In this document: positions 22,596 to 34,188 of the stretch, in pieces | How positions within the stretch are numbered: the stretch's first letter is position 1 | How the letters are laid out: every line of letters begins with the position of its first letter | NCBI GenBank assembly: GCA_002269645.1 | Contig: NIVC01003338.1 | Location: 39,449-103,448 of the forward strand | Reading direction: 5' to 3' | DNA length: 64,000 bases | Source: Macrostomum lignano | Lineage: Eukaryota | Position numbers and translations under genes: made by a program | The notes under the pieces: model-generated | The model's database searches: none | What the model was told of the DNA's origin: nothing | The model's input: the letters and a program-made list of their open reading frames with translations, nothing else

Positions 22596-24224
22596 GTCCG
22601 ATGCTGCAGAGAGCCTGCGGGACTTCCCAATTTCCAGGCTGCGGGGGGGGCAAAGTGAGGGAAATTCAGAAAGTTGGCTACTCAAAACTCTGCCGCTCTG
22701 CGCTTATGTTTTATTTTTCGTGTTTGACTGTTTTTTACTTTAATTACTACTTAGTTCTACCGGTACTGTTAGTAGGCGTAGCGCGCTTAGGCGTCGAATT
22801 GTGTTAAAAATAAGTGAAAATTCAAACTTCAATAATGAATTGCTGCGCTGCCCCGCCGGCTCCTCCTTAATTTTTTGTTTTGCTGAAATTTTCAAACTTC
22901 CTTTTTACCGCCGTGTCGCCGCGCTGACTCTAACAAAAATTAATTTTCTGCCCCAATTATCGCTACTTATTATGAGTAGTAGTAATTCGCCTGCTTGCAG
23001 AAACAAATTTATTTTTGGTTCTATCGCTATAAACAGTTATTTCTACTCCCGACTCAGTTCTGTCTGACAATATTCATGCCGCTTTTGTTTTAATTCTGCG
23101 CGGGCCGGGCCGTCAGCCGTAGTTTCAGCCCCGGCCCGCGGTAGCTGCTGCGACAGACGCTTTGCCCTGCGTTTTTCTCCGTTTCAATCAGTGCTGCCTC
23201 CGCAGACGGGCCGCCTGCGTAAAATTGAAAAATCTACAAATATAATTTACAAAATCCTCAAAATGCTTAAAATTCCCACCAACAATCGTCTCCCAGTTCA
23301 GTGAAATTAACTCTAGAGATTAACAAATCCGCCAGAGCCGCCGCGTTCCGCTTTTCCCGCTCTGATTTTTCTCTCTCGGAGGTCGCAAATTTCGCTCGTG
23401 ATAAGGAAAATTTTTTTGGAGCTCTCGGAGCCCCGCATTTCGATACTCCCGGCCGCGCTGACATCTGCGCCCGCATCTGAGCCCCCGAAACCCGACCTGC
23501 TGCAGCCCCTGATTGATGCCAGGCCACGCCTGCTCCGACCCGCTCCCGTTGACGGACTGCCGGCCTGGGAGCCGCTGCGCAGATGCCGCCGCCTGCGACA
23601 GTGTTGGAGCAGCTCCGCAGCTCTTGTCTGTCAGCGGAGCGCCATCCCGCCTGCATTGTTGCGCCCAGGCCGCCTGGCTCGGCTCTCACGCTCTCCAGTT
23701 CGCTATTTAGGCAGCCCCAGCCTGCCGCAGTTGCAGCTCGGTAGCTGCAGTGTGTGCCAGTCCGATAACTGTGCCAGCAGTTCTGCTATATCTGATTTCT
23801 GCCCAAAGTCAACACTAACTGGCTTATTTGGCAATCCGTGAGAATTCGCTCTTTGCAAGTGGAAACTCCCGGCCTCATTTGGGCTGCTGTCTTGGGTTGT
23901 CTTTACGCCTCGTTTCCGGCGATGCTCGGCACTTGTTGGACAAAATTCTATTGCGCGTTTTGTTAATTCGAAGCTCGGAAATCCGAAATATGACTTTAAT
24001 CCAGTCATTGGTTAGGCTAATAGCCAATTCCGCAGTGTGGAATCTGCTGGTGCGGCTGTTGTGATCAAGGCTGTAGGCAAGCAGCAGTCCTTACTCCTTA
24101 GGAGACCTCGTAAAATACGTTTGATCTTTGTAACTTATCAGCTTCTGTGAGCATTGATCAAATACATTTATCCTGTCGCCACGTAAATGGCCGCTGAAAT
24201 TGCAGGCAGTGAGATTATCAAGCC

Positions 24225-24655
24225 ACTAATACATCGCAGTGAGATTATCAAGCCACTATTACAGCCAGTGGGATTCTCGAGCCGGTATTAAGATCGCAGT
24301 GAGATTGTCAAGCCACTATCACATCCAGTGAGATTATCGAGCCACTATCACATCCAGTGAGATTGTCAAGCCACTATTACAGCCAGTGAGAGTGTCAAGC
24401 CACTATCACATCCAGTGAGATTATCAAGCCACTATTGCAGCCAGTGGGATTCTCGAGCCGGTATTAAGATCGCAGTGAGATTGTCAAGCCACTATCACAT
24501 CCAGTGAGATTATGGAGCCACTATTACAGCCAGTGAGATTGTTAAGCCACTATCACAGGTTGTGAGATTATCAAGCCACTATCACAGGTTGTGAGATTAT
24601 CAAGCCACTATCACAGGTTGTGAGATTATCAAGCCACTATCACAGCCAGTGAGAT
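24225..24655. repeat. ~29-31-bp diverged minisatellite
   Basis: CAGTGAGATTATCAAGCCACTAT... Confidence 0.85.
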
Positions 24656-25096
24656 AATCAAACCAATTTCATGATGTAGTGTTTCACCATCTCCGTGACC
24701 GTGCACGCTAAGCCACTGTTCACTGTGAAGTTCATAAAGTATGATGCGTACTTTAGGCTGCATTTTAAGCTCCAAACTCCACGCAAACCCAGGTGTGCCG
24801 CGCTCCATTTTGTCCCAAATTTGGTCATTAAGTGCCTGTGATCTCTGCATACCAGACCTGATCCAAGCCAGAAGCAGCCATCTGTGCTCCAGCCTGTCTT
24901 GTTACTATTGGCCAGCAGGGCTCAGCCAATGGGAGCCGCGCCAGACCAAGTAGCCCAGCGAAAACTCCTAGCCGGGCTACAAAGGCCCGTCTGCAGGCCT
25001 CCCTGCCGGCTCTCAGCCCCCAGCGCCGTCTCGACTCTCCCAGAGCTCCGATCTGCCCCAAAAAAACAGCAGAAGCAGCAGACAGCAGAAGCAGAA

Positions 25097-25348
25097 ATGA
25101 CCAGCCAGCAAGAAGCCGCAGCCGCGGCCGCCCTGTCGCTCATGACCGGAGCCGGCGGCGGCGTTAACGCGGGCCTGACGTTCCCACCGCAGGGCAAGGA
25201 CAGCCGCTGGCTGACTCTGGAGGTCTGCCGCGAGTTCCAGCGGAACAAGTGCAGCCGCACCGACGACGAGTGCCGCTTCGCGCACCCGCCAGCCCACGTG
25301 GAGGTGCAGCAGAACGGCCGCGTTGTCTGCTGCTATGACTCCATCAAG
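25097..25348 (+). CDS. mbl: muscleblind/MBNL, first coding exon (ZnF1 plus start of ZnF2)
   Basis: [31 protein letters not shown]...[11 protein letters not shown]|GTGAGC. The start codon is uncertain; an in-frame ATG also lies at 24929. Confidence 0.93.
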
Positions 25349-25375
25349 GTGAGCGCTGCAGAGTTCGAATTCGCC

Positions 25376-25685
25376 CCCATCCTTCCCGAATCCGCCCCCA
25401 TACTTCACCGAATTCACTCCATCCTTCCCGAATCCGCCCCATACTTCAGCGAATCTGCCCCATCCTTCCCGAATCCGCCCCATACTTCACCGAATCTGCC
25501 CCATACTTCACCGAATCCGCCCCATACTTCACCGAATCCGCCCCATCCTTCCCGAATCCGCCCCATACTTCACCGAATCTGCCCCATCCTTCCCGAATCC
25601 GCCCCATACTTCACCGAATCTGCCCCATCCTTTCCGAATCCGCCCCCATACTTCACTGAATCCGCCCCATCCTCCCCGAATCCGC
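25376..25685. repeat. 20/21-bp minisatellite just after mbl exon 1
   Basis: GAATCCGCCCCATACTTCACC. Confidence 0.9.
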
Positions 25686-26569
25686 GGCGTCCTTCCCAGA
25701 AAATCCGACAACAATGCCACACAAAGCCATTCGCTGAGGCCCATTTGACTTCCCCTGCTCAGCCGAGAGTACAAACAGCAGTCAGACGGTCTCCCCCAGT
25801 CAGCTCAAAGCCCACCCCGAGCGGGCCGCACTTGAGACGCTGCCTCCCCCCCGCCAATAAACTGCAAGCCAGAGCCAGGTGCAGCAGGCCAGGCGCACTC
25901 TAGGAGGCTGGATAACTGGCCCCGAGCAATGATGTTGGGCCCCAACGGCCCCCGTCAGTAAATACACCGCTGACTCACGTTACACACCGCGCACACAGCA
26001 GTCTGGGCTACACACCCCGAAACTGCTCACTACGAGCCGCTCGCAGCTTCATCTCTTGGCTTCTTTTCTTCTGCTCTGGCTGGCTTTTCTGCTTGTCTCC
26101 GCGCAAAGCCGCCGAGCCAGAACTCTCTCAGCGGGACAGAAGGGAAAAATTGAAGGTCCCCGAGCGCAGTGGCAGAACAATGGCAGTCCGCGCTCAGCGA
26201 GCCTCTCTGCAGACATCGCAGGCGGTGCCCGAGGCTCTTCTGTGTCTCTGCTGGTCTCACCGAGCTCTGAATAGCTGGGGTACTTTTCTACCCGTCTGCG
26301 ATAACTGCAGTGCTAAAATAGTTTTTTTTTTCAAAGCTGCATAAGACTACGGCTGGCTAGTCAAAACAAGCCCTCTGGAGACCATTGTCTGGGCTCGCAG
26401 CTGTTGGATAATTTATGCTTCTTTGCACGCAACTGCACCGAATTTTTTATTAATATCTTTAATGTGTACAACTTATGTATGCCCTGAGACACCAAACTGA
26501 GTTTATGCGGTTAACGGACTGAAAGAGTCGGCTATGCGGTCTTCAGCGCAGTCTGTGACAGTCGGGCAG

Positions 26570-27062
26570 ATGGTCCTCAGACAGTCGGGTAGATGGTCCT
26601 CAGACAGTCGGGTAGATGGACTCAGACAATCGAGTAGATGGTCCTCAGACAATCGAGTAGATGGTCCTCAGACAATCGAGTAGATGGTCCTCAGACAATC
26701 GAGTAGATGGTCCTCAGACAATCGAGTAGATGGTCCTCAGACAATCAAGTAGATGGTCCTCAGACAGTCGGGTAGATGGACTCAGACAATCGAGTAGATG
26801 GTCCTCAGACAATCAAGTAGATGGTCCTCAGACAGTCGGGTAGATGGACTCAGACAATCGAGTAGATGGTCCTCAGACAATCGAGTAGATGGTCCTCAGA
26901 CAATCGAGTAGATGGTCCTCAGACAATCGAGTAGATGGTCCTCAGACAATCGAGTAGATGGTCCTCAGACAATCGAGTAGATGGTCCTCAGACAATCGAG
27001 TAGATGGTCCTCAGACAGTCGGGTAGATGGTCCTCAGACAGTCGGGTAGATGGTCCTCATGC
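26570..27062. repeat. 23-bp minisatellite (LINE target); resumes at 32873-32925
   Basis: CAGACAATCGAGTAGATGGTCCT. Confidence 0.93.
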
Positions 27063-27177
27063 TTGACTTACTTGACTTAGCTGCAGGGGGCGTCCGGCGG
27101 ATGCAGCGAGGAGGCGGAGGAGACCGCCCATTCCGCTAGCCCCTGGCGACCAACGACTTCCGTTGAAGTGGTGTCGC

Positions 27178-30100
27178 TCAGGGGGACCCGTCGGTCTCGC
27201 CTGCAGCGCGGTCCTCCTCACCGACGGTGGGGAAGAAATCAGCTCGTCCGGTGTCCCTGAGGTACCGGGCGAGCAGTGGGATGCTCTCGGGCCTGCAAAC
27301 GTCGGAGAGAACCGGGTTTGGCCCGAGGTGAGTAAGCCTGGCCCTGGTGAAAACCGGGCAGTGGCAGATAAAATGCTCGGCGTTTTCACTGCCTGAGCGG
27401 CAGAAGGGGCACCGCTCCTCGGGTACTTGGCCCTGAAGGAAGCGGTGGCGAGAGAAGCAGCCATGCCCGGAGAGGGCCATGCTAACTGCTCTGAGGTCTC
27501 TGCGGTTGAGCCTGAGGAGGGCTCTACGCAGGAGAGGAGAGGGACAGGGGACGGCAGCACGAGATTGCCTACAATTCCGGGTGTCGTGCCACCTGCGGAG
27601 ATGCTCGGAGTCAGCCCAGCGCTTAACGCGGGAATTGATCACCGAGGCGGGGATGGGGGCACCCGGGCCCGGCCCCAATAGCGCGCCGGCGGAGCCAGCC
27701 TTGGCCAGCAGGTCAGCGCGCTCGTTGCCGAGGAAGCCGGCGTGGCCCGGGATCCATCTGAGCTCCACCTGGTTGCCTAGCGCAAGCCCGTTGAGCTGGG
27801 TGTTGCAGTCCAGGACGGACCTGGAGCTGGCGGTGCTGCGGCAGAGGGCCCGAAGGGCTGCTTGGCTGTCAGAGTGAAAAATAAATTTCCGGCCGCTAAG
27901 CTGCCTTCGGCGCAGCTCTGCCGCGCAGGAGCTGATGGCAAGCATCTCGCTCTGAAAAACACTGGAGTTGAGCCCAGTGTGCTGGGAGTAGCTCCACACC
28001 ACTTCTCCCTTGAAGAAGACGCAAGCTCCGAAGCCTGAAAGACCATGCCTCATAGAGCCGTCAGTGTAACAGTGGACTTCAGAGTCGCTCCAGCTGTCAC
28101 TCGCCTCGTGTCGAGGCTGAATGGTGACCTTATACCTTTGGCTCAGGAGAAGGGTGGCTGGGATCGAGTCCGTGAGGATGTTGAGCCCGCCACACTCCTC
28201 GAGAGCCTTGAGGCAGAGGTCAGAGTGCGGGATAGCGACCGCTTCTTAAAGGCCCGCACTTTCTTGAAGGCCACCCCAGCATCCAGAAGACGCCGGGTGC
28301 TCTTCGCCGCCTCTCCTTTGATATAAATATCCAAAGGAGGGGCGCAGAGGAAGGCATTCATGCCTTCAAAAGGAGTAGAGGGTGGAGCGCCCATAGTCAT
28401 GCGGCAGGCTCTGCCCTGGATTTTGTAGAGAGCGTCGAGGTTGCTCTTGACGCTCAGGCCGCTAGCCCACACGAGGCTGGCGTAACTGATCGAGGGGCGG
28501 ATGATGGCAGTGTAAATCCACCACAGCTTCCTGGGGGTGAGCCCCCAGGTGGTGCCCACGGCGCGCCTGATCTGAGCCAGTACAGCCAGGGCTTTTTTGG
28601 CTTTAGTTTGAATGTGCGGAGTCCAGTTAAGCCTGTGGTCCAGAGTGAGGCCCAGGCAGCGGACCTGCTTCTCCATGGAAATATTCTTTCCATAGAGGGT
28701 GAGGGGCTTAATGGTCCAGAGCAGTTTGTTGGTAAACATGACTGCTGTGGTTTTCGACTCTGAGAGTCTAAGGCCACATTGGTCTGCCCAACGCTCCGCT
28801 CGTCCCAGAAAGCCCTGCAGAAGGTCTCTGATGGTATCAACCGAGGGGCCCGCGCATATCGCGGTCACATCATCGGCATAGCCCACCTTGAGAATGGGGT
28901 CGTGGAGATCACTGCAAAGCAACTCATCCATGACCATGTTCCAGAGAACGGGGGTGAGAACGCCGCCCTGGGGGCCCCCTTTCAGGACAGGCACCGAAAG
29001 AGAGCTGCCGCTCAGGTGGGCCACAACAGTGCGGTTTCGGATCATGAACATGATCCACCGGACAAGGTGAGGGTGCGTGGCCCTGGATTCCAGGGCTCTG
29101 CAAAAGGCCTCGAAGATGACGTTGTCGAAGGCCCCCTCAATGTCCAGGAAAAGCGAGAGGGCAAAGCCGCTGCCAAGAACGGCCCTCTCCAGGAAGTCAA
29201 CAATGACATGGAGAGCACTCTCGGTTGACCTGCCCGCGCGGAAGGCGTGCTGGTTCTGCGAGAGTGGGAAGCGCTTCAGCTCGACCGAAAGTAGGCGCCA
29301 AAGCACCAGTCTCTCGAGGAGCTTGAGGCAGAAAGAAGTGAGGCTGATAGGCCTGAAGGCCTTCACCGATTGGTAGTCGCTCTTTCCAGGCTTGGGGATA
29401 AAGACCACCCGGGCCTCTCTCCATGCAACTGGTACATAGCCCAGCTCCACACAAGCTCGAAGGAGACGACAGAGCAGGTCCAGGAAGCGGTGGTTTTTCA
29501 CCGCCTCGTGCAAGAACGCTGGGTAGATGCCGTCGGGCCCAGGCGCCTTGAACGGGTTAAAGGACCTTGCCGCTCTAATAATGCGGTCTTTGGTGATCAT
29601 AGACTTTGCTAGGCCTTGCCCTCCCACTGTGTGGTCGGGCGGGCCCTGCTGAGTCGGAGATTTAGGGAAAAAACTGTTGAGCATGAGCTCTAGAGTCTCT
29701 TCCGAACTCTCTGTGACCGAGCCGTCAGGTCTCTTCACAACAGAGAGTTTAGAAAAACGGTCATTAGTGAGTGCCTTAACCACGCGGGCTACGGGGCGAG
29801 AGCCCTCAAGCCCTTCGCAATATTGGCGCCACTTGGCCGTCTTGGCCCTTCTGACTTGGCCCTTAAACTCGTGGATCGCACGGGTATAGGCCTCTCTGTC
29901 AGATGGGTCTTTGGTTTTGAGCGCTCGCCTTTGGAGGGTCCTGGCTCGGCGCCGAAGGGCCCCGAGCTCTGGGTTCCACCAGGGAGCAGTTTTCTTGCCT
30001 TTATAGGCCTTTAGGGGGCAGGCTGCTTCAAAGGCAGTGGTGATCGCCCCGCCCAGGGAGGAGGCGAGATCGTCCACCACCTGGCAGTCAGAGAGGTCAC

Positions 30101-30880
30101 TGGGGGGTCAAGATCCCGAAGGCCGCGGCTCAGCTTCGAGCCAAAGGCGGCCCAATCGGTGTTTCTGACGTTCCGACTCCAAGTGACCTTAGGCTTTTGC
30201 TTGGTCGGCCCAATGCAAAAGCGGATAAAGCGGTGGTCCGAGAGCGAGTCCTCGTCCCACACTCGCCAGCCCGTAACTGCGGAAAGCAGTCCGGGTGAGG
30301 CGATGGTGGTGTCGATGACTTCGGCCCACCGCCCATTATTGAACGTTGGTGCATTGCCCACGTTACAGAAGTTGAGGTTAGTGCTGCTGACATAGGCCAG
30401 CAGCTCCTCGCCTCTGCTATTGATGTTCTTGCTGCCCCAATGCAGGTGGTGTGCGTTCACATCCCCTGCAATGAGCAGCTCGAACCGATGGGACGCAGCA
30501 TAGTCAGTAAGGTTGACTAACGCGTCGCAGACAACTGGGGCATCGCCCGGGAAATAGGCAGAAGCTACCAGCACAGGTTTATTGGGAATGAGGTTATTGA
30601 TTTGAACAACACAGATGTCCCCAGTCGAGAGATCAGGTCTCATCCATGCCTCAAAAGCTTTTGCAGCAAAGACCAGAGATCTTGGGCGAGGCTGAGAGCC
30701 CGCCATGCAAAAACAGTGGTAGCCAGATGGCACATTATTTGGCTTACCTTTAGTCATCCAGGGCTCCTGTACGAAGACCAGGCCCGGAAGCTGTTGCTCT
30801 GCCGTGCGCATCAGGTTGACCGACGCCGCCACGCAGTGCTGGGTGTTGATCTGCAGACACCAGGTAGTCGTTGGCATCAT
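27178..30880 (-). pseudogene. LINE ORF2 (APE endonuclease, RT, RNase H, CCHC) with two apparent 1-bp deletions
   Basis: LQINTQH, FVQEPW, GDVNAHH, SDHRFI (APE); FRPISLTS, LDIEGAFD, PQGGVLTP, YADD (RT); YTDGS, SDSQAAL, WIPGH, GNERAD (RNase H); CPFC...HFICHC. Frames shift at C-runs near 30102-30107 and 28229-28231. Confidence 0.9.
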
Positions 30881-32397
30881 TGCAGATCGGATGTTGCAGC
30901 CGCCAGGAGTTCCTCCTCCTCCTCGGCGCTCACCGGCTTCGGGTCGGGGTCGCCGGTGTCCATGGGCTCTTCTTCAGCAAAAGGCCCCCGATTGGCCGGA
31001 AGGCAGTAGGCAGCGTTCGCCGCCCTTTGCCCACCATCCATGGGGTCCTCCGCCTCAGATTGGCCCAATGCCCTGGAGCAGCCAGCCGCCTGGGCAGGCG
31101 GGTCCGTCTCCAGTCGGCCCTGCCCCGAGGGGTTGGGCCCAGCTGGGACGTCCCCACCCTCCCTGGACGAACTGGTGCGCCTAGGCGTCCCGGCGACCTC
31201 TCGCCTCAGCTGGGAGATTTTGGCGGTACGGACTGCCTCAGCTGCACGCTGGTACAGGCCGCGCCGCTTGGTGCTACGCGCCGGGCGTCGGTCGCCTCCG
31301 CCCTCAGCAGCGCGCTCAGCTTTGCCCGCGCGGCCGTGCTGCCGGGCAGGGCGGTTTGCTTTGGCAGTCTGAGCAGAGGCTTGCGCCTCGGCCCCGGCCG
31401 CCTCCGCATCCCGCCCGCCCTGCTCACTGCCACGGGGAGGGTCGGCCTCGTAGGAGCGGATGCGCAGCTTCCAAAGGCCGACGTTGATGAAGCTGCCGTG
31501 TGGATAACGCCTCATCCAGGCGTCCGACAGCCCCAGGATGGCTGTGAAGCCAGTGCCGTCGGTGCGCTTAAGGGTGTCATGCACCACTAGGCCCGCGGCG
31601 GGAAGCTCCCGGTTGACTGCTAGCAGTCCTTTCCGGAGCTCGTCAGCAGAGGTAACAACGCTCCTGGCCGGGACCCAGATTCGATGCCTCTTGGTCCGGG
31701 GGCGCTCGTCCTCTCTGCAGAAGGCTAGGTTGAGGTCCCAGCTCTGCTCGGGCAGCAGCTCAAGGAGCCGCCGACCCGAGTCAGCATCACTGGGCCAAAT
31801 GAGAAGGCACGAGTCCCTCGTCGCATTCGAATGAATGTTCAGAGGCGTGCCCTTCAGAGTTTGCTTCCACAGGAGGCCATCAACGGCACTTCTCACCTGC
31901 TTCAGCTGATCGGGAGACAGGCGCGCGTCCTTTCCCAGGATGACAACCGCCGGTTGCCTCTTTGCCGCATCAGCGTAGGAGGCCCGGGGGTCAGTGGAGC
32001 TTTCTTCAGGTGGGCTGTCCACCCTCCCGGCTGCATCGGCCTCCCTATCCTGGGCAGGGGCTTCCGTGGGCTCGAGGCCCTCTTCCGCCACCGCCCCAGA
32101 CTGGGAAGCTTCCGCTGCCGCGGGCCGTTGGCCCCTGGCACCGGTTTGGCTTCCGCCCTCCTTGGCCCGCCTCGCCTTGTTAAGTCGACGGCGGGCAGCT
32201 CCAGAGGTGGTGCTGCGTTTCTTAGCAGCTGGAGTAGCAGGTGTCTTCTCGGAGGCACCGCTCAGAGTTGGCTCCACGGGTCTCGCCGAGGCGTCCCCGA
32301 TGGTAGCAGGTGGTATGGCCGAGGAGTCCACGGCCCCAGCCGAGGCCGGAGGCACTGTGTCATCCACAGCCGGTTTGTTACTTCGGTTAGAAGCCAT
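30877..32397 (-). CDS. LINE ORF1 (gag-like, about 506 aa; probable DUF4780-type region, no CCHC knuckles seen)
   Basis: Long ORF directly upstream of the endonuclease; likely start MASNRS at 32397; basic/low-complexity ends around a folded core (RHRIWVP...INVGLWKLRIR). Confidence 0.75.
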   Translation of the reverse strand: MASNRSNKPAVDDTVPPASAGAVDSSAIPPATIGDASARPVEPTLSGASEKTPATPAAKKRSTTSGAARRRLNKARRAKEGGSQTGARGQRPAAAEASQSGAVAEEGLEPTEAPAQDREADAAGRVDSPPEESSTDPRASYADAAKRQPAVVILGKDARLSPDQLKQVRSAVDGLLWKQTLKGTPLNIHSNATRDSCLLIWPSDADSGRRLLELLPEQSWDLNLAFCREDERPRTKRHRIWVPARSVVTSADELRKGLLAVNRELPAAGLVVHDTLKRTDGTGFTAILGLSDAWMRRYPHGSFINVGLWKLRIRSYEADPPRGSEQGGRDAEAAGAEAQASAQTAKANRPARQHGRAGKAERAAEGGGDRRPARSTKRRGLYQRAAEAVRTAKISQLRREVAGTPRRTSSSREGGDVPAGPNPSGQGRLETDPPAQAAGCSRALGQSEAEDPMDGGQRAANAAYCLPANRGPFAEEEPMDTGDPDPKPVSAEEEEELLAAATSDLQ

Positions 32398-32975
32398 TGG
32401 CTGGAAGTAAAAAGGTGGGACTTCCTGCAGAACACAGGCAAAGAGCCGCAAGGCCGCAACCCCAAACCAAGCGGCAGGCCCCCAAAAAGCAAAATACCAC
32501 CCTGCGGGGGACCCAAAAGCGCAAGGGGAACCGTTAGCGACCAGACTACTCCCTGGCCAAGCGTCCATCAGCACGGAGTTACACTGGGACATTAGAGGGT
32601 GCGTTTATGGTCACACCAGGACCCGGCGCCAACGAATCAGCTCGGCAGGGCCCAAGGGGGCCTGCCTTAACACCCACGGGACGAGTACCCTTCGAAGTGC
32701 GCCTTGCAAGGTGAAAATCAGGAGACAGAGTCTCTTGAGCTATCAGCCCGCCAGGGGAGGCAGGTGTGAGCATCGCTGGCTGGGATAAAGGCCATACCAG
32801 TCTCATACTGCACAGATAGTTCACCACGCCATTACGTGCAGGACCCGGGGTCCTGGGGGCAACAGCCCCGGCTGGTCCTCATGCAGTCGGGTAGATGGTC
32901 CTCATGCAGTCGGGTAGATGGTCCTAAGCGCAGTCTGTGGGAGTTCAACTCAATCCTGCATCCGCCTCCCGCCAG

Positions 32976-33143
32976 GGCAAGTGCCAGCGCCGGGAGCCGC
33001 CATGCAAGTACCTGCACCCGCCGCAGCACCTGCGAGAACAGCTGCTGCAGAACGGCCGGCAGAACCTCATCATCAAGAACCTGCAGATGCAGATGCTGTC
33101 CCAGAGCCTCGCCGTGGGACAGTACATTCCCATCTCTGCCGGG
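32976..33143 (+). CDS. mbl: muscleblind exon 2 (rest of ZnF2)
   Basis: CGCCAG|GKCQRREPPCKYLHPPQHLREQLLQNGRQNLIIKN...QYIPISAG|GTGAGT; phase 0 matches exon 1. Confidence 0.92.
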
Positions 33144-33410
33144 GTGAGTTCAATACATTCCCATCTCTGCCGGGGTGAGTTCAATACATTCCCATCTCTG
33201 CCGGGGTGAGTTCAATACATTCCCATCTCTGCCGGGGTGAGTTCAGTACATTCCCATCTCTGCCGGGGTGAGTTTAGTACATTCCCATCTCTGCCGGGGT
33301 GAGTTTAGTACATTCCCATCTCTGCCGGGGTGAGTTTAGTACATTCCCATCTCTGCCGGGGTGAGTTTAGTACATTCCCATCTCTGCCGGGGTGAGTTCA
33401 GTACATTCCC
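33120..33410 (+). repeat. 31-bp tandem repeat made of the mbl exon-2 end plus its splice donor (9 copies)
   Basis: CAGTACATTCCCATCTCTGCCGGG|GTGAGTT. Confidence 0.95.
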
Positions 33411-34188
33411 TTCACTGAGCTGAGACTGGGGTGGCACTGAGCTGAGACAGGGGTGGATCCGAAGTCCCTTGACCGGTGCCCATCCCGGTACATTTGCCAG
33501 CGAGAGGGCATGCAGCGGCCGGGCAGTCATAAAAAAGCAAACAAGAGAATCTGGCGGCAGCAGTAGAGCTTGGAGCCGCAGCGCAGCAAGTGACAAGCGG
33601 AGCAGCAGTCGCCTCCTTGTCCCGTCCGCTGGGAATGGGGAAAATTATCCCCATTGGCATGCGTCGGGACAGTCGGTGTGGGGCCGCCTCAGTCGCCATT
33701 CAATTGTGGCGGGGGAGGCGGGCGGCCCTCTGTCAGCCGCTGTTCCCTTCTCCCTCTTTTGTCCCATGCAGACTCCCCAGCTCAGCGCGGCAGGTGGGGG
33801 CAGGAGGCTTTGACACCGCAATTTCTGCTTTTCTCGCCCTTTTTTGAGCAGCTGCAGGCTGGGGGCTCGGCGGCGGCCTGAACTCGCATCTAATGTCCTC
33901 GGAGTCGGCAGCCCCCCCCCCTGCAATTATGCTGGACCGCCGCCTCCTCTCCGGGGCTCCTCAGTCCCGCTGCCTGACAGGCTGAGTCACTCGCTGCTCA
34001 ATCTGCTCAGCCCTGCAGTCCCGGGGAGACTCGAGCTTGGCTTAATAGCGCACCGGCTGAGCAGTCTCCCCCCCCCCTACCGACAACTCAATTTCTCTCT
34101 GCAGCTCGGCTACCCCTGCTCGCCCTCCGTGTGTTCTCTTTGCGTCTCCGCGACTCCGCCGGCTTTCGCTGCCCTGCTTGATCTGCGT

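Larger units (their letters stand above)
27063..32872 (-). mobile_element. full-length non-LTR retrotransposon, LOA/Lian-like (ORF1 plus APE-RT-RNase H), 5810 bp
   Basis: 12-bp TSD TGGTCCTCATGC at 27051-27062 and 32873-32884; 3' tail TAAGTCAAGTAAGTCAAG; inserted antisense into a 23-bp minisatellite in mbl intron 1. Confidence 0.92.

Noticed and set aside
28229-30107. Programmed -1 ribosomal frameshifts in LINE ORF2
   Set aside because: Both shifts lie at plain C homopolymers without an X-XXY-YYZ slippery site, and LINE ORF2 is normally a single frame. Sequencing error or mutation is simpler.
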